DNA of 64,000 nucleotides. It comes from the human T2T-CHM13v2.0 reference genome, Homo sapiens. Below, piece by piece: positions 13,745 through 28,100 of the stretch (its first letter is position 1; each line of letters opens with the position of its first letter). Location of the stretch: NCBI RefSeq assembly GCF_009914755.1, contig NC_060945.1; one strand, 5' to 3'. The notes under the pieces were generated by a model. That model was not told the DNA's origin and ran no database searches. It worked only from the letters and a program-made list of their open reading frames with translations. Both the position numbers and the translations under genes were made by a program.

Positions 13745-13895
13745 CATATATTCCATATATATGTTTATATATGGAATATTACATATATTACATAATATTA
13801 CATATATATGTTTGGAATATATATACATGGAATATATATATTTCGAAGGTTGGTGCAAAGTGCAGTTTTGCCATTGTTTTTAATGGTATATATAT
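13745..13895. repeat. AT-rich low-complexity tract plus partial MADE1 (mariner MITE)
   Basis: TA-rich tract, then AGGTTGGTGCAAAG..GCAGTTTTGCCATT..TTTTAATGG, the MADE1 left half. Confidence 0.75.
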
Positions 13896-15739
13896 AGTTG
13901 GACAAGACATAGGGACTGAACTAAAACAAAAGGCATAATATGTCAACAATATTTGTGGAGATAGACTCAATATACCTTGGAAACTACAATTATGAGCACA
14001 AGGGTCTATGTGCGGGGATGAGACCAATCTAGAATCTGGGAGCTACGGATCTCTGTGACCTTGATATTAAAAGAGTGAATAGAGGGCAATTTGGAAAAGG
14101 TGAGAAATAATTGAGCTGTAGAGAAACATATGCATGGTTAAAGATACAGTTCTATTGCTTTTTTATTAGTAATTTCCATTTCTAGCTCCACACACTCACC
14201 CATCCACTCAACTGACCTAAAGTGGGAAGGATATTTCCAGCCTAATAAATCTCTGGCAAGAACAGCAGCTCTCTGGCAAAATACTCAGCACCTGCCATGG
14301 AAATTAGAAGGCATTGGGATGACAGTTGCTTTTGTTTGGAGGATGAACATCAGGAGTGCTTGAGAAGTGACAGTGGAACTGCTTCCCTCTCACCATGTCT
14401 GTATTTGGATGTACATAGAATGTTTTAACCATTCCTGAGGTCCCATCTCCACGTACCTGAGCCTCTGGGGTGCAGACACACACCTGTGGTTTTTTCTATT
14501 AGTCACTTCCTTGGTAGGCCTCCAGCTGGAAGGAGGAAAGGACAACGTTGGAAGCCAAAGTCACCGCTTTGATTCTGGTAACCTTGTTGGAGATGCTGCA
14601 CTCTGAAAACACAGTACATCCATTTCCAGAAAGTGAAGCCTGGAAAATTAGTGCCTAATCGATTTCATTCATAAATCCCCATCATGGCAGCTTACATGAC
14701 GTTCAAGGAAAAACTTCTCAAGCCTCTCCATTTAAAATAAATGTTAGCTTTTATAGTAACATTGAGCAAAAGATTTATGTCCATTTTCTTCACATTGTTT
14801 GACTTCTAAGTGTCTTCCCCCACTTTTCATCCAAGGTAAACTTTCAAAAATGTTTTCCTTGAGGCTGGGCCTGTAGGAAATAATACATAGTAATCCCAGT
14901 ACTTTCACTGGCTGTGTTTCTGTCAGGATCATCTAGTAAATTCAGTGCCTTTAGCAATCTTATCTCTTATTTAGTAGGAGATTAAAGAACACAGAGCCAA
15001 TTATCCTCATTTTCTGGATGAAAAGACTGAGGTACAAAGGAGTTTGAAGACTTAATGTGGTTGCCCAATAGCTAGTGCCAAGTCTGGGGAAAAAATTGAC
15101 TTTCCCATCCCCTAAGATGAAAAGGCAGCCTCTAGTTTTCCTGTGGTTGGGCACAAACATTGAGGAAGATAGTTAAAAACACTAAATGATCCTAAAATGC
15201 ACATATATTGAATTGACATAAGCTATGTGCAAATGCTGAACACATTGTATCTACCATGTAGAACATAATCTATAAAATTTAACTTCTGTTTTCCCAATCT
15301 TTACCTGAGTGTGCATTTTTATATTAACATTTAGGTTGGGTACTTTAATATACTTGAGTTTGAACACAGTAATATCACAGAGTGATTTTTTGACCTAAAC
15401 CAGAAATTATCTCTCCTTCCAGCTGAGCAGCTGAGCAACCTTCGTCTTCTGTAGAAGAAGGGAAGAACAGTCCTCGTCTGCTCGTTTATTGAGACAATTT
15501 AGAATCTGTGTTTTAAAATGGTCCATGTATACTTGAGTGTGTGAGGGAATAAAAGTGAATTGAAATATGAGGAACTGAGTTAACAATTGAGTTCATCATC
15601 TAGGAAGATTGATTCCTGGATCTGCCACTGCTTTTCTGGAGGTCTCTGGTGGATCACATCACCTGCTCTGAACCTGCCTTTCCAGTGGTTGAGGTTATTA
15701 TGATACAGGAGGTCTAAATTTCCTTTCAGCTACAGAGTT

Positions 15740-16116
15740 TGTTATGCTTTGGATTGTGTCTCTCCCAAATTCATACGTTAAAGTCATAACTCCCGGTACT
15801 TCAGAATGTGGTCTTATTTGGAGATAGGCCCTTTACAGAGGTAATAAAGTTAATATGAGGTCATTAGAGTGGCCTCTAATCCAACACGACTCATGTCTTT
15901 ATAAAAAGAAGGGGTAATTTGGACATGTAACCATGTGATGACACAGGGAAAAGATCATCATCTGCAAATCCAGGAGAGAGGCCTCACAGGAAATGACTGC
16001 TGCTGACATCTTGATCTTGGGTTTTTAGCCTCAAGCACTATGAGACAATACATTCATTTTGTTCAAGACACCCACGCTGTGGCACTTTGTTATAGCTTCC
16101 TTAGCAAACTAATACA
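15740..16116 (+). mobile_element. MLT1 (A/B-like) solo LTR
   Basis: TG...CA termini (TGTTATG...AACTAATACA); 5-bp TSD GAGTT at 15735-15739 and 16117-16121. Confidence 0.92.
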
Positions 16117-17406
16117 GAGTTCTCTCATTCTACTCTGTTTAATTGTGTCATTACACATTTAGTACTAGTTAGTAGCATTTTTGTAAATGTTTATATGTAT
16201 GCATTATCTTACTGAACCCTGACATTGTGTGAGGCAGGAATTATTGTCCTAATTTCACAGGGATTAGACACTCCATTACAGTTTAAAGATAAGTAAAGGC
16301 AGGCTCTCATGTAATTTGACCAAACTCAATGTTCTGGGGGCAGATCTGGGTCACAAATAAGAGGGCTCTTTCCAAAATTCATGCTGTGTCTTCTATTTCA
16401 TGTTGCTTTTTGAAGGATCATAAGAGCTTGTGTAATTGTTATAATCAGAAAATACATGCTTAAAAAACAGAAATAGGGAAAGTTAAGGCAGCTCTCCTGA
16501 GAACTTAGAGAAACACTGTCTAAACCGAAGAAGTTGCGGGTATCATCCATGAATGGAGAAATACAATGGGAACTCTTTTCTCCTCAATATATCTCATTTG
16601 CTTGCTTATTTAGCCCAATTTGGCTGGAAAGATAATCGTTGAGGCCAAAATCCACAAGACAAAGGAAGACACGATCTTTCAGAGAAAAAAAAAATATTCT
16701 GAGTGAAATATTCCTGTTCGCAAACTGTTAAATGTGCAGCTCCAAGGAGCACCCTTTAATACATCAAGAAAGGATTTATTGTCCTCACAATGAGGAGACG
16801 GGGCACACATGCTGCAGGAAGGGCTGCAGGTTGGCAGAATGTTCTGGAAGGCAATTTGGCAGCATGTCCCCAAAGCCTCCATACCCTTTGATCCAGAGTT
16901 CTACTTTTAGGGGCTTATCCTACCAAAACAATGCAGTCCAAAGTGGGGAAAATATGTGTATGAGAATGTCCTGAGCAGCTCAGGTATCTACCTCAGTGGT
17001 CAGAAGAGGAGCATGAGGTGGAAGAAGAGAGCTAGGACTTGAGGGTGCCAGCACTGGGCACCCAGACTCAGGACTGACTGTCAAGCAATCATGGTGAATG
17101 TTGACATGGGCACATGTATGTCTAATAACACGTGATGGTGTTCATGACATATGTTAAATACTAACAGAAAACATAGTAAAAATAGTGTATGTCGTATGAC
17201 ATGGATATGTGTATCTATGTACATGTACACACATGTGCATCCATGTACATATCTGCACAGACATGTTTACATGTGTTTGTACACACATAAGGGGTAGCAG
17301 GACTCAAATGACACACACCAAATGCTGACTATGGTTGTCCTTGTATCATAAAACCATGAAAGATAGGTTTATTTTTTCCATTTTCTTTGCTTATATAGTA
17401 ATTTCT

Positions 17407-17706
17407 TTCTTTCTTTCTTTTTTTTTTTTTTTGAGACACAATCTCACTCTGTCGCCCAGTGCAGTGGTGTTATCTCGGCTCACTGCAAGCTCTGCCTCCT
17501 GGGTTCATGCCATTCTCCTGCCTCAGCCTCCTGAGTAGCTGGGACTACAGGTGCGTGCCACCACGCTTGGCTAATTTTTTGTATTTTTAGTAGAGACGGG
17601 GTTTCATCGTGTTAGCCAAGATGGTCTCGATCTCCTGACCTCATGATCCACCTGCCTCAGCCTCCCAAAGTGCTGGGATTACAGGTGTGAGCCACAGTGC
17701 CCGGCC
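17407..17706 (-). mobile_element. AluY/AluSc-like
   Basis: Diagnostic GCAAGCTCTGCCTCCTGGGTTCATGCCATTCTCC and GATGGTCTCGATCTCC; TSD ATATAGTAATTTCT at 17393-17406 and 17707-17720. Confidence 0.97.
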
Positions 17707-18130
17707 ATATAGTAATTTCTAAACTTCCTACAACATATATTTATCAATCTAGTAAAGAGAAATGTTTTTAATAAAGATTTGACCTGTTAATGTCTATAAT
17801 ATTGTCATGGTCATTATTTTTAATTTAACGTATCATCCAGGTCTTCCAAACTGTTGGATTCTTAGAGCTAATACCAATATTTGCTAAGAACATGAAGCAC
17901 TCTCTTATTTAACCTGGGCTGTCAGTCATTCTTTCTTTCTTTGATGCAGTTTGCCTTAACCCAAGTTCAGATGACATGAAAAGTCATTTGTATTATGTTC
18001 TTGGAAGCTTGGACAATTGTATTACTCACATTCTACATGTCCAGGGATAGCTAATGGTTAGTAGTTTTACTGAACCGTAAGGTCACCTCTGATGGAATAT
18101 TCATTGAGTACTGATACTATGTATCTTGTC

Positions 18131-18682
18131 TGTATTAGTAAGAGTTTTCCAGAGAAATAGAACTAATAGGATGTGTGTTTGTATGTGTGAGATGTTTGTG
18201 TATAAAGAGATTTATTATAAGGAATTGGTTCACATAATTATGAAGGATGAAAAGTCCGAAAATCTGCAGTTGGTAAGCTGGAGACCCAGGAGAGCTGATG
18301 GTATATTTCCAGTCCTAGCCTGAAGGCTATAGAACCAGGAGAGCTGATGGTGTAGGTTGCAGTTGAAAAGCTGGTAGGCTTGAAACCCCTGAAAAGCCAA
18401 TTTTTCGTTTTCAGTCCAAAGACAGGAAAAGACCAATGTCCCAGTTCAAATGGTCAAGTAGGAGGGATTTTCTTTTGCTCAGCCTTTTTTATTCTGTTTA
18501 GGTCTTCAATTGATTGGATGAGCACACCCACATTATGGAGGGCAACCTGCTCTACTCAGCCTACAGATTCAAATGTTAATCTTATCTAGAAACTTCTCAA
18601 AAACACATCCAGAATAATGTTTGACCAAATGTCTGAGCACTCTGTGGCCCAGTCAAGTTGACACATAAAATTAACCATCATA
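18131..18682 (-). mobile_element. MLT2 (D-like) ERV-L solo LTR
   Basis: TGTATTAG..TTCCAGAGAAATAGAAC...AAGTTGACACATAAAATTAACCATCA; TSD TTGTC at 18126-18130 and 18683-18687. Confidence 0.93.
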
Positions 18683-19059
18683 TTGTCCAACATACAAATG
18701 TGTCTCAATGGGCATAAACTGTTGAACCCAAACCTCCTTAGGGGCTATTACCACTTGTCCTGTTAAGCTGGAAGACCCCATGGGCTGACTTACTCTTCTG
18801 TGGCCACTTCACGGGGTAGGTCCATAAGAGACCCTTGATAATATGGAAGACCAGGACTTAGTTATTGAAATGCACTTCTGTATATTTGCTCTGAATTAAA
18901 TTATATACAGCAAATGGACTCTATCAGATAAAAATTATAAAATGAATGCTTTAAATTCTCCACTGACTTTTATAAAATACTTCTCACTCTTTGGCTACCA
19001 GGTGATTTCGTTGGGTGTGTGCACAAATGCAAGCTCTTGCCACCATTAAATTGGCTATT

Positions 19060-19235
19060 TTATATATATGTGTGTGTGTGTATATACATATATATATACA
19101 CACACATATATACATATATATATACATATATACATATATACATATACACATACATACACATATATACATATATACATATATATACATATATACACACATA
19201 TATACATATACGTGTGTGTGTGTATATATATATAT
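19060..19235. repeat. Compound (TA)/(CA)/(TG) microsatellite
   Basis: About 175 bp of alternating purine-pyrimidine; explains the four Y/I/H/T-rich ORFs. Confidence 0.98.
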
Positions 19236-19765
19236 TCTGCTCAGATTCAAATTCCCAAAAGCTGAGGGGTGGAGCTATTTACCTGCTTTCCCCCTGGGTG
19301 TTCCACCCTAGACACTTTGGCATTAAGAAATAAATGCTAAGGTACAGAGTTGGTTGTTTGGTCCTGAATTCAAGATTCTGTCCTAGCTCAACTCTCAAGT
19401 TTGAAGGATGGTGGCTCTCTCAAGGCAGAATTGGAACCAGGAATAACATCCACACATGGGGGCTAGGAGAAGTGACTTGGCTAAAGAAGAGGACATGCCA
19501 GTAGAGAGATCTAACCCAGTGTCCAAGCCATCTTATAATCTTGCCAACTCTGGAAACAGCCAGTTCTGGGTTTCCAACCTGAAGGCAGATCACCGATGTA
19601 GAAAATCCAGTGGGCTGAGGACTGGAGTGTGAGGCTGTGGTCACCAGGAATAGCTGTGCATGGATAGTAGGATCCAAGGTGAAGGCTGGGACAGAGAAAT
19701 GTAAGGCAGCTGTCCAGGGAAGGGCTCAACTGTAGTATGGCAGGGATTCAGGTCTAAATCCAGCC

Positions 19766-19935
19766 TAGTGGTTCTCAATTAGGGACTATTGGGCAATGTC
19801 TGGAGACATCTTGGGGCATTACAACTGGGATGATTGGCATCTAATGGGTGTCATCCTACAATGCACAAGATAGTATCCTACAGTAAAGAAGGATCTGTCC
19901 TCACATTTCAACAGTACCGAGGTGGAAAAACTCTG
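19766..19935. mobile_element. MER20 (hAT-Charlie)
   Basis: AGTGGTTCTCAA...GGCAATGTCTGGAGACAT...CCTACAATGCACAAGA...GAGGTGGAAAAACTCTG. Confidence 0.85.
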
Positions 19936-20559
19936 GTAACCTTCTAGGTTGGGACAGCAAAGACCTGGGCAGGCAAATATGGAAGGGCAGGAAGGAGAGC
20001 TGGGTCTGGGAGCAGATCAGCACCCTGAAAGCCACCACTGGCAGCCCCACATGTGGTCTGATTTGCAAGAATGAGCACCAAGTGGCAGGAGCCCAGTGCT
20101 GAAAATGGGGTCATGATCATGGGCTGAGCTTGGGGTTGTTTCTTGTGAAGACCCACAAGACATGAAGAAGGAAAATGAATCTTAAGACATGCCTCTTGCC
20201 TCAGGCAGGGATGACTCAGGTTGGGGTCAAGGTGAATGGTGGCGCATCACTGGGAGGCCCATTGAGGGGACATAAGAGAAGACATGGGCAATGGCAATGA
20301 GGCCTGAAGTCCCAGAAAGGAGCATGCAAAGACTTCCCATGAGGGACATTGGAAGAACTTTTCCTTTTCCTTCCAGACAGCCTCCCCTTGCATAGGTTAT
20401 CTGGGAAAGGAATGGACTGTGGTGATAAAGAGCATGTGCTCTGCAGCTGGCCTGCTGGGACTAGGATCCTGTCTCTGTTCTTTGCTGGCTATGTGACTTC
20501 TCATAAGCTATTTAAATTGTTCATGCCTCTATTTCCTCATCTGTTAAATGAGAACAATA

Positions 20560-20862
<303 letters not shown>

Positions 20863-20920
20863 TTAAAAAGAATATTAAAATAGCATCTCATAGAGATAAT
20901 GAGAGTTAAATGAGTTAATA

Positions 20921-21122
20921 CAGCTGACCCTTGAATAGCACTGGTTTTAACTGTGTGGGTCCACTTATAGGCAAATTGTTTTCAACTAAACACAAATTGA
21001 AAATACCTGTGTGTGCTGAGGACTGTCTTCATACAGCAGGTTCTGAAAGCTTGACTGTGGAACTTGAATATGAGCAGATTTTGGTATATTGGGGGTACTG
21101 GAACCAATCCCCTCAGTATACC
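20921..21122. mobile_element. MER8-like TcMar-Tigger MITE
   Basis: TA then CAGCTGACCCTTGAA...GTGGGTCCACTTATA...GATTTTGGTATA..CTGGAACCAATCCCC. Confidence 0.85.
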
Positions 21123-24112
21123 TTTATTTGCAAAGATAAGGGTAACAACTATGATATTTATAAATATATATATATATATTGCACACCCACCCATGAATGT
21201 AATATTTGTGAATATATATTTTCATATTTGTAAAGATGAGATGTGATAACTGTGTTTCTTAGTTTCTCAAAATAGATACTAGTTTATTTTCCACCTCTTA
21301 AAATTAAACATCTTGTGAAATTGAAACAAGAAAAAAGAAAAGTTTTTTGCTTCTGCTGTCCTTTTCTCAACACTCCCAGGTTCCCAGGGCTATGAGAATT
21401 GGGGTCAGTCACACCTTTCCTGTAGGGATAGCACAATGAGTGGGCTGTGGTCAGGGGTGTTGGTCAAAACTGCCTTGGAGTAATCCCGAGGACATATTCC
21501 TCCCTCCTCCCCGACTCCAGCACTGAAACAACACTCAGCTCAAAGAGTTTAGGTCAGACTTCCTATGTCCAGTCTGCCTCCCCATATCAACTTTAGTTGC
21601 TTGTCACAAAAACATTTTGCTCACAAAACATTCCAAAATGCGCAGGTTAGAGCAGGGATTTACAACCAAGGTAGTGTGAACCGCCATCCTGGCATCTGTA
21701 TTGAGTGCAGCTAATCAGTTACAAACGTGCACACTCACCAAACACAACTCTGTACCTCAAATGTGGGAAGGCCCCTAAATCCTATATCCAGCATATGAAG
21801 AAAATAAAGGGAAAAGCAATCATGCTGAGATGTATAATAAATCAGCATGACTTTGTTTTAAAATTTTGCTAAAGTTTAAACATGCACCGGGGAAGGTGTC
21901 TATTAATAGTCATTAATATGCATAGAGATCTTCACATATTTCACTCACTAATGCATGCCAGAATTTTTCTTTTCCTGCTGGGATTTTTCCCCCAACGAAT
22001 TTTTCTGTTGAGATTGTGCTTCTTAGAAAAAGATAAGGCAAATGTGGTTGAGCAAGTTGGACACTGGACACTTGACTGTGTGTGATGACTTCACTAATAA
22101 TTCTAGCTTGATTAAAACTGGTAATCTAGAAAGTGAATATAGTATTAAGAATTAGGCTTAGAGTTAAACAGCCAATCTAAGAGAATTGCAAATGATTTCT
22201 TATTGCCTATCAAGATTCAAATAATGCTCAGAACACTCATGGCTACTGGGTTTTTGTTGAAAAGTGATAGCTCTGGGTATGAAGAAAAGGATGACCTCAC
22301 ACACATCTTTCATCCCTGTGGCCTTGGGAAGGAAATCTTCAGTTGGAAGGTTTTTAGGCTACAAATAACATGAATGAGTAGAGTCGTAGCCCTTGTTTTT
22401 TCCTTTGTGATTTACACTGCAATGTTCTAAGGAGCGAGCAATGACCTTCGACATCCACATGGCCTTATTTTACAGGGGAGTTGAGAGCCACTGAATTTAT
22501 GTCCTTGTTTGAGCTTCCAAAACCAATTAGCATCAGAGGCAAGCCTTGATCATGCGGCTCTTGGTTCTCACTTCTGGGCTCCTTCCCTCACCCTGGGTGG
22601 GTCCCTTCTGGCAGAGACATCTGCTCTGGAGCATTCATGCCTAAAGAGTGACATGACATTTTTCAGCACCTATTACGGCCTGAAAACTGGAATCCATTGT
22701 GATGTTAAGATGCTGCACTTTGTGCCAATGAGTCTTTATTTCCCACTTTGCTTTAACTCAAACCTTGTGTGATACTTCCAAATGTCTGTCTCAATCCACT
22801 CTGATCTTCAACACCAGCAAGTTCCAATGGGAGATTTTAATTCCCAGTCTGCTCTTGGGAAAAGGATAAAAATTAATTCTCAGGTTCCTCTTCTCCCAGT
22901 CCATGTTTGAAACTGGAGATGCAAGTGGTACTCACACAATTAACCTTCTTTGTGACCATCTCTCCCAACGCCAGCTTTGCTGTCAAACTCTCTATACAAT
23001 TCAGTGCAAGAAACACACTATTGTGGGGATCCTATATAAGACGGTGGATAGGAGTCAGGACTAGCTTACAGCTCCCATGGGACAGACAGAGCAGTGTGTG
23101 GAGACTCACATCCCAAACTTTTGCTCCAAGAATGACCACAGAAACATGCCAGGAAAGCCGAGAGAATCCATAGACCCTTCAAAGGAACTGGGTTCACTAC
23201 TGTGGGCTCCCTGAGATGCTGAAAAGCAAGTCTGCTTGCTTTCTCAGAAGGGAGGCTTGTGGTGTGGGGCAAGTTCTCCACCCAGGTCACCAGCTGCTTG
23301 GAAATAGACTGGGTGCTGTTGGAGGGGGATGGTGGGAGTGAGACCAGCCTTTAGGACTGCGGGCTGTGTGGGAGTAGGGTGAGGCCTGTGATTGCTGGCT
23401 TTCCCCCACTTCCCTGGTGACCTGCACGACTCAGCAGAAGTAGCTATAATCCCCCTGGGAATACAATACTCCATTGGATTGGGAACCGCACCCTCATCCC
23501 CCACAGCAGCCATAGCAAGCCCCGCCAAAGGAGAGGCTGAGCTCAGACAAACCTATCCCTAACCCCACCTGGTGGTCTTTCTCTGCCTGCCCTGGTAGCT
23601 GAAAACAAAGGTCATAATCTTTTGGGAGCTCTGTGGCCCTGCCCACAGCCTGAGAAACCTGAACACTTAACCAGGTGTCCCTCAGACAAGATTGTATCCT
23701 CCCTATAGGACTGCAGCTAATGTACTCTTGAAAGTGCCACCCCTTGGCTGGAAGCCAAGCAACATAAAACCAGCACACTAAACAAAAACATAACCAAGGA
23801 CCCTGACATAGTCCACTTCATTCCCCTGCTACCTCCACCAGAGCAGGTGCTGGTATCCATGGCTAAAAGACCTGAAGACAGATCACATCACAGGACTCTT
23901 TGCAGACACTCCCCACTATCAGCCCGGAGCCCTGAAGCTCTGCTGTGTGGCTAGACCCAGGAGAGCAAAAACAATCACTACAGTTCAGCTCTCAGGAAGC
24001 CCCACTGCTAGGAGAAGGGGGAGAACGCCACATTCAGGGAGCACCCCATGGGATAAAAGAATCTGAACAGCAGCCCTGGAGTCCCAGATCATCCCTGACA
24101 TAGTCTACCCAA

Positions 24113-25120
24113 ATGAGAAGGAATCAGAAAAACAGTTCTGGTAATATGACAAACAAGATTCTTTAACATCCCCAAAAGATCATCCAGCTCACAAGCAAGC
24201 GATCCAAACCAAGAGGAAATCTCTGAATTGCCAGAAAAAGAATTCAGAAGGTAGATTATTAAGCTAATCAAGGAGGCACAAGAGACAGGTAAAGTCCAAC
24301 TTAAAGAAATAAAAAACATGATATAGGGTATGAAAGGAAAATTCTTCAGTGAAATAGATAGCATGAATAAAAACAATCACAACTTCTGGAAATTAAGGAC
24401 ACACTTAAACAAAATGCAAAATACACTAGAAGTCTCAGCAACAGGACAGAACAAGAAGAAGAGAGAACTTCAGAGCTCGGAGACAAGGCTTTTGAATTAA
24501 CCCCATCCATCAAAGACCAAGAAAAAAGAATTTAAAAAATAAACAAAGCTTCCAAGAAGTTTGAGACTATGTTAAACATCTAAAACTAAGAATAATTGGC
24601 ATTCCTGAGGAAGAAAATAAATCTAAAAGTTTGGGAAACATATTTGAGGGAATAATCAAGGTAAACTTCCCTGGCCTTGCTAGAGATCTAGACATCCAAA
24701 TAAAAGAATCTCAAAGAATACCTGGGAAATTCATCACAAAAAGATCATCGCCTAGGCACATAGTCATCAGGTTATCTAAAGTCAAGACAAAGGAAAGAAT
24801 CTTAAGAGCTATGAGGCAAAAGCATCAGGTAACCTATAAAGGAAAACCTATCAGATTAACAGCAGATTTCTCAGCAGAAACTCTAAATTCTAGAAAGGGT
24901 TGGGGTTCTATTTTTAGTCTCTTTGAACAAAACAATTATCAGCCAAGGGTTTTGAATCCAGTGAAACTAAGCTTCATGAATGAAGGAAAGATACAGTCTT
25001 TTCCAGACAAACAAATGCTGAGATAATTCACCACTACCAAGCCAGCACTATAAGAACTGCTAAAAAGGAGCTCTAAATCTTGAAAAGAAAATTCTCAAAT
25101 ACACCAAAATAGAACCCCCT
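24113..25120 (+). pseudogene. L1 ORF1p remnant
   Basis: Track ORF 24631-25026 has NFPGLARDLDIQ...SPRHIVIRLSK...KGKPIRLTADFSAETL; broken by stops and frameshifts. Confidence 0.93.
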
Positions 25121-25191
25121 TAAAGCAGAAATCTCACAGGACGTGTATAACAATAACACAATGAAAAAAAGGTATCCAGGCAACAAATACC

Positions 25192-28100
25192 ATGATGAAT
25201 AGAATAGTACCTCACATCTCAATACTAACATTGAATATAAATAGCCTAAATGCTCCACTTAAAAGTTACAGAATGGCAGAATGGATAAGAACTCACTGAC
25301 CAAGTTTCTGCTGTCTTCAGGAGACTAACCTAACACATAAGGACTCACATAAACTTAAGGTAAAGGGGTGGAAAAAGATACTCCATGCAAATGGACACCC
25401 AAAGTGAGCAGGAGTAGCTATTCTTATATCAGACAAAACAAACTTTAAAGCAAAAGCAGTTAAAAAAAAGACAAAGAGGGACATTATATAATGATAAAAG
25501 GACTAGTCCAACAGGATAATATGATTCTAAATATATACACACTTAATACTGGAGTTCCCAAATTTATAAAACAATTACTACTAGACCTAAGAAATGAGAT
25601 CGATGGCAATACATAATAGTGGGGGACTTTAGTACTCCATTGACAGCACTAGACCAGTCATCAAGACAGAAAATCAACAAAGAAACAATGGACTTAAACT
25701 ACACCCTACAACAAATGGACTTAACAGATATTTACAGAACATTCTACCCAACAACTGCAGAATATACATTCTATTCATCAGCACGTGGAACTTTCCCCAA
25801 GATAGACCATATGATAGGCCACAAAACAAATCTCAGGAAATTTAAGAAAATCGAATTTATATTAGGTACTCTCTCAGAATACAGTGGAATAAAAGTGGAA
25901 ATCAACTCCAAAAGGAACCCTCAAAACCATGCAAATACATGAAAATTAAATAACCTGCTCCTGAATGATCATTGGGTCAACAATGACATCAAGATGGGAA
26001 CTGAAAATTTCTTTGAACTGAACAATAATAGTGACACAATCTATAAAAACCTCTGCAATACAGCAAAGGTGGTGCTAAGAGAAAGGTTCATAGCATTAAA
26101 TGCCTACATCAAAAAGTCTGAAAGAGCACAAATAGACAATGTAAAGTCGCACCTCATGGAACTGGAAAACAGAAACAATCCAAACCCAAACCCAGGAGAA
26201 GAAAAGAAATAACCAAGATCAAAGCAGGACTAAATGAGACTGAAACAAAAGAAATACAAAAGATAAATAAAACAAAAGGCAGGTTATTTGAAATGATAAA
26301 TAAAATTGATAGACCATTAGCAAGATTAACCAAGGGAAGAAGAAAGTCCAAATAAGCTCATTTACAAACAAAATGGAAGATATTGCAACTGATACCACAG
26401 AAATACAACAGATTATATAAGGCTACTATGAACATCTTTATGAGCATAAACTAGATAACCTAGAGGACATGCTAGAGGATATGGATAAATTCCTGGAAAT
26501 ATACAACACTCCTAGATTAAACCAGGAAGAGATAGAATTTCTGAACAGATCAATGACAAGTACTGAGATTGAAATGGTAATAAAAAAATTGCCAAAAAAG
26601 TCCAAAACCAGATGGATTCACAGCTGAATTCAATCAGACATTCAAAGAATTGGTACCAATCCCATTGACACTATTCCAAAAGATAAAGAGGGAATCCTCC
26701 CTAAATCATTCTATGAAGCCAGTATCACCCTAATACCAAAACCAAGGAAGGACATTAAAAAAAAAAAAAAGAAAACAATATCCCTGATGAGCATAGATGC
26801 AAAAGTTCTCAACAAAATACTAGTGAAATGAATCCAACAGCATACAGAAAAGATAACCCACCACGGTCAAGTGGGTTTTATACCAGGGATGCAGGGATGG
26901 CTTAACATATGTAAGTCAATAAATGTGATACACCACATAAATAGAATTAAAAACAAAAATTACATAATCATCTCAATAGATGCAGAAAAGGCATTTGACA
27001 AAATCCTGCATCCCTTTATGATTAAAACCGTCAGTAAATCGGCATAAAATGAACATACCTTAAGGTAATAAAAGCCATCTATGACAAGCCCACAGCCAGC
27101 ATTATACTGAATGGGGAAAAGTTGAGAACATTCCCCTTGAGAACTGGAACAAGACAAGGATTCCCACTTTCACCACTTCTATTCAACATTCAACATAGTA
27201 CTGGAAGTCCTAGCCAGAGCAATCCGACAAGAGAAAGAAATAAAGGGCATCCAAATTGGTAAAAAGGAAGTCAAACTGTTGCTGTTTGCTGATGATACGA
27301 TCATATATGTAGAAAACCCTAAAGACTCATCCCGAAAGCTCCCAAAACTGGTAAATAAATTCAGCAAAATTTCAGGAAACAAAATTGTGTTAGTCCATTC
27401 TCACACTGCTAATAAAGACATACCTGAGACTGGTTAATTTATAAAGGAAAGAGGATTAATTATTTAACAGTTCAGCATGGCTGGGGAGGCCTCAGGAAAC
27501 TTACGATCATGGTGGAAGGGGAAGCAAAAACATCTTTTTTTCACATGGTGGCAGGAAGAAGTGCTGAACAAAGGGGGAGAGACCTTTATAAAACCATCAG
27601 ATCTTGTGCGAATTCACTCACTATCATGAGAACAGCATGGGGTGACAGCCCCTGTGATCCAATCACTTCCCACTAGGTCCCTCCCCAAATGTGGGCATTA
27701 AAATTCAGATAACAATTCAAGATGAGATTTGGGTGGGGACAGAAAGGCCATATCAAAAATTAACGTACACAAATCAGTAGCTCTGCTATACACCAACAGT
27801 GACCAAGCTGAGAATCAAATCATGAACTCAACCCCCTTCACAACAGCTGCAAAAAAAAAAAAATATATACTTAGGAATTTACCTAACCAAGGACATGAAA
27901 GACTTCTACAAGGAAAACTACAAAACACTGCTGAAAGAAATCAGAGACAATGCAAAAAAAGTGGAAACACATCCCATGCTCATGGATGGGTAGAATCAAT
28001 ATTGTGAAAATGACCATACTGCCAAAAGCCATCTAGAAATTCAATGCAGTTCCCAGCAAAACACCACCATCATTCTTCGCAGAACTAGAAAAAACAATCC

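Noticed and set aside
18984-19333. Four overlapping Tyr/Ile/His/Thr-rich ORFs
   Set aside because: Artefacts of the dinucleotide microsatellite.
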